Origin: Azolla caroliniana
Taxonomy: Eukaryota; Plantae; Polypodiophyta
Reading direction: 5' to 3'
Length of the DNA: 64,000 nucleotides
Assembly (NCBI GenBank): GCA_043228905.1
Contig: JBHGNT010000016.1
Location: forward strand, 3,534,001 to 3,598,000
This document shows, piece after piece, positions 38,290 through 50,100 of the stretch. The first letter of the stretch is position 1, and every line of letters starts with the position of its first letter. The translations under genes were made by a program, and so were the position numbers. The notes under the pieces were generated by a model. The model was not told where the DNA came from. It saw nothing but the letters and a program-made list of their open reading frames with translations, and did no database searches.

Positions 38290-38361
38290 GTCGTTGTAGT
38301 ATAGTGGTGAGTATTCCCGCCTGTCACGCGGGTGACCCGGGTTCGATCCCCGGCAACGGCG
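38290..38361 (+). tRNA. trnD-GUC: tRNA-Asp(GTC), copy 2 (canonical plant cytosolic sequence)
   Basis: 72-nt cloverleaf with A box TAGTATAGTGG, anticodon GTC, B box GGTTCGATCC and 3' end CAACGGCG. Confidence 0.96.
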
Positions 38362-38465
38362 TGTAGGACAGGGCAAATCTCCTGTCATCTTCTAGGGCAT
38401 TGTTGCTCGTTCCGTTGTATTCTCTATCCCTTTCAAACACTTGGGGGCGTACAGTGGGTTGAGCC

Positions 38466-41247
38466 ATGGCTGCTCACCTGCTACCGACCTTTCAGGCGCG
38501 CATCCACGAGATGGAAGAAAACAGACGCATCCTCCTCCATCGCCTGCAGGTAACTCATTCCAAAACCAATTGATGAATTCACGCATCTTTCTTCTTCTTC
38601 TGATTCTTCTTCTGCTGCTGCCGCTGCTTGTTGTAACTGAATATATGAAAATGAACAAACGAATGATCGAATCCTTCTTCTTCCACGTCTTCTTTCACTT
38701 CCTTTCCTTCCTTTATTCTTTCCTCCCTTCTTGTGTTTAGTTCCTTCAATTTCTTGTCTCCAGCTTTTCTTTAGCTGCAGTAGCTTGGACACGAGCTGCC
38801 TTTTCTTATCCTCTATAAACTGTGCCAATTTCTAAGATCCGAAATTGACTAAGGTTCTAATTCTTATTTCTTTATCGTTTTCCTCTTCTTCTTCTGCTCT
38901 TCCTTCCTTTATATAATCTGCATTTTAGCAGCAGCAGCAAAGCCTCACTGGAATGAGATTCTTCGTATTTCTTTATCATTTTCTCATAAATTTGCATCAT
39001 TTCCCCATCATTTTCTGTGAATGAATCAATGTGTAGGTGGAAAAAGAGCTTCATCACAGCAAGAATTTAGAACTTTTGAAACACAGCAAGGTTCTCTCCA
39101 AGATCAGACGACGCTGCCTTTCCTTAAAGCAGAAGGAAGCTGACCTTTATGTGAAGCTACTAGAGAAAGAAGATGAACTGAAGACGGTGAATCAAACGCT
39201 TGCTGAGGTTTCCTTGAAACAACGGTACTTTGTGAATTCTCCTTCAGAATTTATTCATGTGAGGCTTCTAAGTTAATTTTTATCATGATTCTGGCCTTTA
39301 AAGCTGATGTAATTGTTATGACAGAATCAAACAAAGAAAACAAATAAATAAATCTTTGGTATCTGTGCAGTATCTTTTGGTCCGTGTGTTTAGTTCCATT
39401 TCATAAGAATCAAAGTGGTTTGTTTTACTCCGGAACCCATAGTGTAGAATCTAGATATTCTGCTAGCCTTTAAATTTGAAAAGAATCAAACCATCTGTTT
39501 TCTCAGTTATGTCTGCTCTTTTGGCCATTATTTTGATGTTTGCAATGAAAGAACCAAATAAATGGTTAGTTTTCTCCAGTTATTTGCATTATGCATATTA
39601 CATAAGGTAAATCTTGGACTTGAGTTCCAACTTATGCTATTTAAAAAATCAAACAGATGGTATGTGTTCTTTCAGTTCTCTCTGCATTATATACACAAAT
39701 TAAGGTTAATATTCAAAAGAAGTGATTTGCTTTTATCAGTTATCTCAGTATCATGCAGGCCTAAAGTCAATCTGTGTGCTTTTGGTCGTCAAATTTCAAT
39801 GTTTGTTGTGAGATAATACAGTGAGCGCTTTGTTTTCTCTTTCTCCCAAAAAATCTATGCATTACCATGCTGATCTAAAGATTAATTATTCTACTTCCGG
39901 CCATTAGATTTCATATTTTAGTTTGAGAAAATCAAAAGATTTATTTTCTTTTTCAGTTATCTCTGCAGTTGTTCGTAGATGAACATAAAGAGTACTGTTT
40001 CTGTTAACGATTGATGTCTTTTGTTAAAGTATCCATGGTATTTTGGCCACAGAACCTTGTCATCAGATTTGGGAGAGCTCCAACACAGGTTAAAAGAAAG
40101 GCGGGAATTCTATAAGCAAAAGACAGACATGATGGATTCTCACAAAATCAGGCTACAAGACTACATGCGGAATCTAAAGTCTGAGGTGGACAGCTCGAGG
40201 GAAACTGTTTCACAGGTTTATTTACATCTGCTGTCTTTAGGAGTATTGTACAACAATCCAATGCAATATGTATGCATAAAAAGCTTATTGTAAAACTAGA
40301 AATAAATAGATTTAGGGTTAATTATTGACGAGATAACTTCAGTCAGAGCACGTAAGTTTGAACCTTGATAATCAAATCAAGCCAATATATGTACATAATT
40401 TTGATAGCCAAAAATTCAGTGCTATTTCTGAACATAGTTGAGTTGAACATATCAGGTGGAAAGTGGAGGTATGAAATTTTGTCATGGGTTACAAATATGA
40501 GAAAATATAGATATGCCAAAATCATTGCCATACCTAACAAAATTTGTTCTTTTTAAGTGCTTTTCCACATAAAAGTAGATTATAGAAATAGATATGTATG
40601 CGAAAACTGGTTATTTTTGGAATTACCCGCAGGTATGTTGAATCTTGATTGGTTGTGTCCTGAACGAAATAAATGCAATTTCTGTACAATGTAGTTTTGA
40701 TACTACCAAATTAACGCAATTTCGTTTGATGACCAAATCAATACAATATCTGCATGTACACGATTACCAAATGAATGCAAATTTGTATGTATCCTGATAA
40801 TTGTACATTCTCATGCAGTTGGAAAAGCGCGCTAAAGAAATTCATAGTTCAATCATTTGTGGCATTGTTAATGAAAACATACAAAACGAAAAGAAGATTA
40901 AAGTTGATATGTCAGCCCAGTTTCGTGATGATTATGAAGCATTTGAAGTAAGAATGCCTTATTCCAACATAAAAAGAAAACTCAATAACGTAATACACTT
41001 TGCATGGAAAGAGATCGAACAAACAAAGAAGACTTTGGAAGGACAAAGAATGGTACTCATGGATCTGCAAACAGAGAATCAAAGTCTGGAGAATCGAGTT
41101 TTTGAGGCAATTCAGATCCGAGATCAGAAAAAAAGACCAGTTGGAAACGCACAATGTAAGGCATTGATGTGGCCTCTCGTTAACATCTCTAATGATATTA
41201 ATAAGAAATGTTTCTTTTGTTTGATTAATGTTAAAATAGAACTTTGA
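38466..41247 (+). CDS. Uncharacterised coiled-coil protein; exons 38466-38549, 39037-39224, 40053-40215, 40819-(41155 or 41247)
   Basis: GCCATGG start and three GT-AG introns that join in frame (phases 0, 2, 0), giving MAAHLLPTFQARIHEMEENRRILLHRLQ|VEKEL...KQ|RTLSSDL...VSQ|LEKRAKEI... The sequence is heptad-like and E/K/L/Q-rich. The 3' end is uncertain. Confidence 0.78.
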
Positions 41248-41622
41248 TAAGGTTGGCCTTTTTTTTTTCTATCGGGAAGGAAGCTGAAGACAGACAAACC
41301 TTTCGTCAGCTGAATTGTTGGAACATATATGAGAAGGTGATGTTTGTCGTAGTGCATTTTATTTTCTGAGCTTGTGTCGTATTTCTTGCAGCATGTGTAA
41401 AAAAGACTTCTTTGTGATATCATTGGGTTGATGCATATGAGATGTAGTTTGAAGCTATGGTCTAAACCACCAAGGCAACAGGCAGAGTCCACTGCACGGT
41501 GGACAGAGAAAATTAAGAGGATATGGATGGAGTAATAGAAATGAAGCTATGGTCTAGACTCTAAACCATCAAGGCAATAGAGAGGTGAGAAAATTGGGTC
41601 CAAAACCAAGACCTAGGGCCTA

Positions 41623-42009
<387 letters not shown>

Positions 42010-43912
42010 CTATGCTTGTGACACGAATAAGTCGTACACGGCTCCAATTTGGCTTCCAACTCTTAAAACATAACTCTCATGTGAATGCTTTTAAGCCTCA
42101 TAGAATTATGTTGATTACCATCCAACCTTGTACATTTGAGATGTGTCCATCCAACCTTTTGACCAAAATAAATGAAGTTGTTGTGAAATGGTCGTGGAGG
42201 GGTTGTCTTCTTTATGGCACTCACACCCACACTCACAAATGAGTTTTTGCCTTGATGAAAATGGATTAGATAATTTTATATGAAAAGGATATCTTGAAAC
42301 TTTACATGATTCTTTTGAAATGTATATTGCAGAAAAATGGATCTATTAGTGAACTGTGATACATCATACAATCAAAGCAAATAGTGAGATAAAGAAGACA
42401 TGATTAGTTGTTTTGGACGAAATAATTATTTGGCAATAGATGTTTGAAGTGAAAGGACATGATTTCACATGTTGGACAATACGTTTATGAAGATCCAATA
42501 TATGCTTGACTCTAAAGGGAACAATTTCACACGTTCAGCAACGGATTTATGAAGATCTAATAGGTGTATGAAGCTAAAGAGAACACATCATTTTTGTATT
42601 CATAATTACTATTTTGTATTTGACCTTTCGCACTTTGCCATTGTGATATCCCACATACAAATAAATCAATGTCTCATTGTTGGATCAGTCTCTTAAATTT
42701 AGAGATATAGATATCATACGATTTTATGCAATCACCTCTCATATGATTTTTGTAGGGTCTTACGACTAATATACCCACAATAATACACATTGTCTTCTAA
42801 TCTATTAATGTGTTAGAATCAAATCTACAAATAGCTCCATCATGATCATTATTTAGAGGTGTGATGGGAATGTATAGAGCTTCTCCTCTTTGAAGGAGGG
42901 CTGGGGAAGAAGAGAAACAAAGGAGATATGGAACTAAAAGTAGGCGACTCCTTGATTCCTCAATGTGTTTGTGGTTTGCACCATTCTATAATGAGGGCTC
43001 TTTTGTAGATGTTAAATTTAACAATTCCATGCGCTCGTAAGGCTGTTTTACACATGCATTCTACGACATCATTACATGCTCCTTGTTTAATGTGCATATA
43101 CTTTCCGGTACAATCAACACATAGTGCACACATGGTGGACAAACTCTTATAGAGCACCAAGCCATAAGATGTTAATTACATTTGAAGTTGCCATATAAAT
43201 TTGTATAGTTACAAAGAGCCAAAGAGAGCCCAAATTTTGATAGTTGGTAAATTGATGAACAATATGTTGTATTTTTCTGTTAGTATTGTGCTGTGAACAT
43301 TGAGAGATGTGTCATTGATGTTTTAGAAGGCTACTCTTATTGAAAATATTTTAAAGAATAATAATTCATTTTTGTAAGAGGGGTCTACGTCCATTAACAT
43401 TATCGGGAAAGTTGAGTCATCATATAAAATTATGCACACACGAGTGCATGCACATGTACAAGCACACTTGTACACAAATAAACAAAAGTGGACAAATGAA
43501 GAATTCACTTGAAAGACATTGTGCCTTTAAAAAGTCTATGGAAATGCGGATAAGATCCTTAATCTATGATTGCTTTATCATAGGAGGGATTAAAGATTCT
43601 AATACTTGGGGTCGGGGCCCGGGGGATGCATCTAAGTTGACAGTTATAAGGATATATAGAACAATCTTTTTTTTAAACTTTAACACTCTAATAGAGGGAT
43701 AGAGATTATGATAGTCTAATCTCCCCCTTGGGAGGCCAAAAGCATTATCTATGGGGCCCAAACAAATCCATACGTGCTCAAGAAGGGAGTTGGTGATGCG
43801 GTAATTTATGAAGGGAAGCATTGTGATATTGTTGTGTGAATGCTCCATCTTGTTGTGTGACATGCCCCTTGGCCATAATCTCCTTATAAAGAGAAAGTGC
43901 AACCCTGGTATG

Positions 43913-44022
43913 CTCAACTTAGAGAGAGAATCAAATCGGTGATTGATTGTGTATCATGAGTGTAACGTCAACTTAGAGAGAGAATCAAATAGGTGATTGA
44001 TTGTGCATCATGAGTGTAACGT
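43913..44022. repeat. ~54-bp tandem duplication
   Basis: TCAACTTAGAGAGAGAATCAAAT.GGTGATTGATTGTG.ATCATGAGTGTAACG occurs twice. Confidence 0.85.
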
Positions 44023-44635
44023 TCCAATAGACCAAGCATAAACCAATGTTAATCCCATATTGATGATGTTTTTAGTGGATGATCGATCCTTTTACTTAGA
44101 TGTGAGGTCTCGGCCCACTAGAAGTCAAGGTGTATGTGAGTCTCTATGGATTAACATTAATTTATATCAACATCCCTCAGACTTTTAAGTCTTTCGGTTC
44201 ACACAAACACACACACAAACATGCACTCTACTTGTATCTTTCTTTCTTTCTCTCCACCACAACGTAGGTAGTGTTGCATCCCCACCACTCCAACCCACAA
44301 GAAGCAATCGTGTCGTCCTCTGAGTGTCTGGACCTGGCCCATGGCATCTCATGTTTCTCTCTCGTATGTTGGGCAGTTGTGTTGTTTCAACATCCATTTC
44401 TTCTTCTTTTTTTGTCACCAATGACGACATAATGGGGGGATCATGGCCTTATTGTTTTCCCTTTAGAGATGAATGACTTAAAAAAGAGCAATATGAACAC
44501 CCCTTCATATCATGAAGGAGATGTTGTTTTGTGTTTATTATATGTACAATGTGAAGAAGAAGAAGAAGGTATAGGAGAGAGTACTACTACATACATATAC
44601 TTGGGAAGAAGAAGGAAGGCAGGCAGGCAGCCCAT

Positions 44636-45259
44636 ATGGAAGACAGTGGGAACTCCTCTGCTCTAATGATTTCTCTTCCAGTCCCAATCACATCACCAAG
44701 AAAGAGAGCAGCAGCAGAAGAAGTGTTCTATGACCCCATCTACCATGGCTCTGCAGGTATCTCCCTCTGCACCTCCTCCTCCTCCTTTACATGTCCCCCC
44801 AATCCATCCCAACATTACCTTTTCTCCTCCAAATCCTCCTGCCGCCAACGGCCCCCTACTTTCTACGCTGATGATTTCAGCATCTACGAGTATGTGCATG
44901 TTCGCAACCCCAGATTGTTGATGGATGCTGCTGGACCCATCGATTCATGTTCGGCTCCTCTATGTTCCACCAGTTTACCTAATGATTCTGCCCCAAATTC
45001 CACTGGTTCCTCCGATTCCACTCGCTCCTGGCCTGATTCGGCTTCAAATACCCCCCTCTCAGCTTCGAATTCGTCTGACAGTTTGCCTTTGGGCCTGAGA
45101 AGTTCTACTTGCTTGGCTAATCCCACCGCTTGGGATCAATGCTTGACCCCGAATTCCACTGCCTCCACCAAATCAACCGTCTTGGCCGGCCCCAGGCCCA
45201 ATAATGTTTTGCGCTCAGATCCGACTGGTTCAGCTAACTCGGCCTGTGACTCGAAATAA
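44636..45259 (+). CDS. Putative intronless Ser/Pro-rich protein (207 aa), no recognised domain
   Basis: ATG-initiated ORF in a GC-elevated island with a (GAA)n-containing leader, no TE motifs and no recognisable homology. Confidence 0.45.
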   Translation: MEDSGNSSALMISLPVPITSPRKRAAAEEVFYDPIYHGSAGISLCTSSSSFTCPPNPSQHYLFSSKSSCRQRPPTFYADDFSIYEYVHVRNPRLLMDAAGPIDSCSAPLCSTSLPNDSAPNSTGSSDSTRSWPDSASNTPLSASNSSDSLPLGLRSSTCLANPTAWDQCLTPNSTASTKSTVLAGPRPNNVLRSDPTGSANSACDSK

Positions 45260-46877
45260 TTCCTTCAGAAACTTGGTTCGCTCGACATGGGATTGAATTC
45301 TGTCTGTCTGTCTGTCTTCTGCTTCAGCCAAGCCCCGGATGGTTTTGGTTCTGAGATCGCCTTGGGCCGGCCTTCCACCATGAATTGAAGCAGGGTCTAA
45401 ATCAGTCTATAAACTCACAATGCTTCTCAGAGTTTTTAAAAAAAACAACAACCATGAAGGTACTGGTCATCCTTGTCGCGAGAGGAAGATATACTTGCAT
45501 TTCAAGCCGACCATTAGTTTCATAATTGTAACATGAATGCTGGTATAGTTTGTTAGTAGATGGAAAAACTTTATTATTGAATCGTTTGAATCTTTGTAAA
45601 CCTGTTTATACTGATAATTAAGTGAAGAAAGATCACACTGTATGCTAGCGCTAATAATTAATCTCATTCAAACATTTTGATATAGTTGTCTGTTTCATTA
45701 ATTATAAATCCTCTTTGAGAAAATCGCCTAAATAGGCTTAATCTGGTTGATTAAAAAAGAGAGCATTGAGCTGTCGGAACAAACAAGTCAACCAAAAGCA
45801 TATACATATAGAGAGAGATAAAGTGGTTACGCATATTAATTTTGCAATAATTAGAGGAGCATGAGTTGTTTTACTTTGTAGTTAATTACGCTAATTAGGA
45901 TGTGAGCATATCCTAATTGGTTTGAAATTGAAAGATAACATGAATTTACTTAAGGCTTGTGAGAAGATGAGTGGGCATGGGATGTCCATGTGCTAAATAT
46001 GCTTCCACTTGAATGTGTTCTAGCATTAATTAAGTGAAAGATTAGGTGCTTAAATGTTGGATAAGTTTGATGTTGAGCACAAATTGGCCAGTTTAACTAT
46101 AGTTACTTCCAATGTTTGTGCTTAAGATTAATTTCCTTGATTATGTGATTGGACTTCAAGGTCATCTTGATATGAGCTAGTAATTGATAGTTGTTGTATG
46201 GCGATTTTCTTTACTCAAAACAAATATGCCATAAATCGCAACGTGAAAAAAAAGGTTTTCGAATTACATGGAGCAACAAAAGAGCCATTGGAACCAAAAA
46301 TATCATGCTTCCAAGTAACTGAACTTCTTTGTTTGCTAACAGGCACATGGGGAAGTTACCAAAGTATGATTTGAATTAAACAAGCTTGTTTGCTTTCTAA
46401 AATAATGCGTATGAGAATTTCAAATCACATATGCACAAGTTTAAAAAGGAAGCTCGTGAAGTCTTTCAATAAAGAAGTGTGGTTTGTCCCCATTGATATG
46501 GCTTGAAATATTTTCTAAATGGTTAGAGAAAGTGGGCTATGGCCCAATTGATATCTGTTCAATTATTTTCAAATTGGTTTGAGGAAGTAAGCAATGCCCC
46601 CATTGATATCTCTTAAATAGTCTTCAAATAGTGTGATTTGGTAATAGTGCGATCATGAACCTCAAACCTGGTCCAAGTATGTCTATAGGAAATCAAGAAA
46701 ACAAGCAAGCCTACTTTTCGGATGGATATAGGAAGCATATCTAGGTAATATTCCGTTCAATAGGTGAATATTTAAAGCATATTATCGCGATATGCCCTAG
46801 ATTCTTTTGATTTTGACATAAAATAAAGGTCACCTACATATTTATCCTAACCTGGGCATACATTATTAGCTACATAA

Positions 46878-47108
46878 ATGGTATCCTGAGACTCTTGGCG
46901 ACAAAATCTACATGTCGCTTGAAATATTGTGTCCTTATTGATGACAAAATCTACTTCACACTTACATTATTTCTACGTTAATAGCTACATAATTGACATA
47001 ATTCTTTCATACCCCATGGTATCGTGATACTCTTGGTGACGAGACGAAATGTACAAGTCGCTTGAAATATTGTGTCATTATTGATGGCAAAATCTACATC
47101 ACACTTAC
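46878..47108. repeat. Tandem duplication (~138-bp period)
   Basis: ATGGTATC.TGA.ACTCTTGG.GAC...GTCGCTTGAAATATTGTGTC...AAAATCTAC.TCACACTTAC occurs twice. Confidence 0.8.
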
Positions 47109-47134
47109 TTTGTTTCTTAGTGACAAAAGTATTT

Positions 47135-50100
47135 TTTTTCAACAATAAGATCTTCCTCTTTTTCTTTTTTTTTAAACAAAATATCCTTCCATTAGTTTTA
47201 AAAAAGCACATATGCTACAATGCTATGTTTTCCGTAGAGATTGTGCAACTATTGAAGCCACACTATCCCACAACACCCGATCTGAAAGATCATTGAATAT
47301 TTTTTCGGTTTTTTCCAAGCTGGCCACATTTAGCATACATGTCCACCAAAGCATTCCCGAGCTCAATATTGTCTTCCAACAGTCTCACGATTTCATTGTG
47401 AATTTCTATGCTCGTATCAACTACCACTACACTACCACAATCCTTTAGCAAACTTACAAGGGTGATTGCATCCGGAAGTAGTCCAATTACTGCAGTAGCA
47501 TCTTCAAAAATGCCACATTTAGCATATGCATAAACTAGAATAGCCACAAGACACAGATATGAATCAAACTCCCTTTCAATGATCTCATTATGGATTTCTT
47601 GCCCTCTTCTCATAGCTTTTAGGCTTATGCATGCCTTCAAAATAAAAATATAGGTCACAAAAATTTGCATAGTCCCTTTCAACTACTCTTAGACTGCTAT
47701 AGACATATGTTTGTCCCTGAGCATAAGAAATAATAGTTATACATTGACACATTCCTCATGTTGGTGGAGGAAATACCCATAGTGGTGGCTGATACCTCCA
47801 ACGTATACCACCATTAACCATGAAGAATACCTTCATCCTTTCCCATCTCTTCTTAAAAACCTCTTGCTTTCGAAAGACTACATCTGGATCACCTTTGATA
47901 GCATCATATTCTCCTTTTAGTGTATGCACTAAGGTCATCCAAATCTCCTTGACTTCATCCACAACATTCCATTGAATTTGATGAAATATCCTTCGACATC
48001 TACTAGTCCACAAAACCCATATAATTATTGAACTAATCGTCTCCCAAACCACGCCATTTTGGACAGAATTAATAGGCATGTATGGCAACACTTCCTCAAC
48101 ATATCGACCTCTTGTATATAATGCAAAATTAACATTTTCTTTTTCATAATCTTGTACCTCACCCTTAATATTAGCCCACATAACTGCCCTCCATTTATAT
48201 ATTCTAGAGCCATAAACCTCATGCAAGAGACGTAAAAATATTTTCCAAACCAATTTGGCAGCCATACATGACCAAAATAGGTGATGAAGAGACTCCACTT
48301 CTAAACCACAAAAATCACACATCTTATCCACTTCTTTACAATACATCCAAGCCCTAACAGGAACCGCATAATTAACAATCAACCATCTAAATAGAATAAT
48401 CTTCTTTGGAATTTGCATAGCCCATAGCTATTTCCAAAATGTTGTCATGTGAGTAGGATCCACATTATAAGTCATCCATTTTGTTGCTGTTGTCGGCCAA
48501 TGGGGTACCCTACGTCTTATCATCTCCCTTCCCAATCGAACAGAATACTGAAAAAACGGAATTGGCCTAACATCCTCCCCGGAATATGATGTAGGCAGCC
48601 ACTTCCATTCTCCTGGGTCCCAATCCAATTCACTGGTGAACAAACTGTTGCCAATTACTAAGTGATGAGGCAAAAGATGAGTCCACTTGAGCCCAATTTA
48701 GTCTAACTCTCCTCCCCAACATAGACCCTTCAACATCTAGAAATAAAAGATTCCAAACCAATGGTTGATGTAACCATTCATCCACTGACGTGGGTCGGAC
48801 TTGTTGCAAGTTATCCTTTATGAACCACCAGGCTCTCTTGATCGCAGCGAAGAATCTATCATTTTGAAACACTATCTTATGCGAATGAAAGTTAGGAATA
48901 AACCACCATCGAAGAGACCTTGTCCATTCACCTCCAGTTTTCGGGAAGACCTATTTCATTCTCAATTGAAGAAGCATCTTCCACAGCTCATTTCTTGGCA
49001 GTAATCCTCGTACAATAAATTGTATCAAAGGATCTACCAAACCTAAACCCCCTTGAGAAGTCGGCGCTATAATAGTTTTCCAAGCTACCTTTGGTCTAAC
49101 ATAATTAAAATTAGTAGATCCCCATAAAAAATTCCTAATCAATCTCTGTAACTTTGATAACAATGATCTGGAGAATAACCAAGAGGATAGAATATACCAC
49201 AGTGAGGAGAGTAATACTTGATTAGAAATAACTAGCCTCCTATCAAGTGACAAATTCTTAGAACTCCAAAAGATCAATTTCTTCTTCAAAGAAAGCAATC
49301 ATGGCTGTATATGAGCTTTTGGAAGAAGATTAATTCCCACTTGGCATCCTAAATATCTCACAAGAGAGCCCTTTGGTATCCAACGGAATCCACTGTCTGG
49401 ACACTAAGTAGGAGTAAGACCTTCCCCAACCCAAAATCCCATTGATGTATGCAAATTGATAATTGCGCCTGAAGCATCACAAAAATCATGGATCACACTT
49501 TGCACATTACAGAGATTTTTGTCATCTCCTACAACATAGTGCTGTGTCATCTGCAAATTCACAGCCTAACACAACCTCCTCCACACATGGCCACTGTATT
49601 CCTTTAATAGGTAACTTATTCTTATGTAAGAATGCACTAAAGGCTTCTCCCACTAATAGAAATAAATCTTGTCTCACCGATCTAGTAACCGGAAAAGTAT
49701 TACCTAGTGGTCCTCCAACAAGAACACGACTAGCTATTGAATTATATAATGCAAAAACAGCTTTGACATAGTCACTAGGAAGACCTAGACGACCCATAAC
49801 TTCATATAAGAAATTCCAATCAACTCTGTCATATGCTTTCTCAAAATCCAAAAGCAATATTGTCAATTCTTGTTTTGTTTATTGCGCTATTGCTATAATC
49901 TCCCAAAGCATGAAAATATTATCAAATATTCTCCTTTCTTATATAAAGCTTGTCTAAGTTTTATGTACAATATGTGGAAGAAAAGGTTGCAGACGTGTCG
50001 CTAATAATTTAGCATAAACTTTATATACAGTATTTAAAAGAGTTATAGGCCTCCATTTCTTAATATCATCCGCCACACCTTCTAATTTTGGAATCAAATA

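Larger units (their letters stand above)
37738..38459 (+). repeat. ~370-bp tandem duplication, each unit carrying a tRNA-Asp gene
   Basis: GCAGGGTACATATTACCATGATCTCGTCC starts at 37738 and 38108, and homology runs through ...CTTGGGGGC.TACAGTGGGT. Confidence 0.9.

Noticed and set aside
37602-38366. 254-aa ORF
   Set aside because: It runs through an LTR, a microsatellite and both tRNA genes. The repeated peptide is simply the tRNA translated twice.
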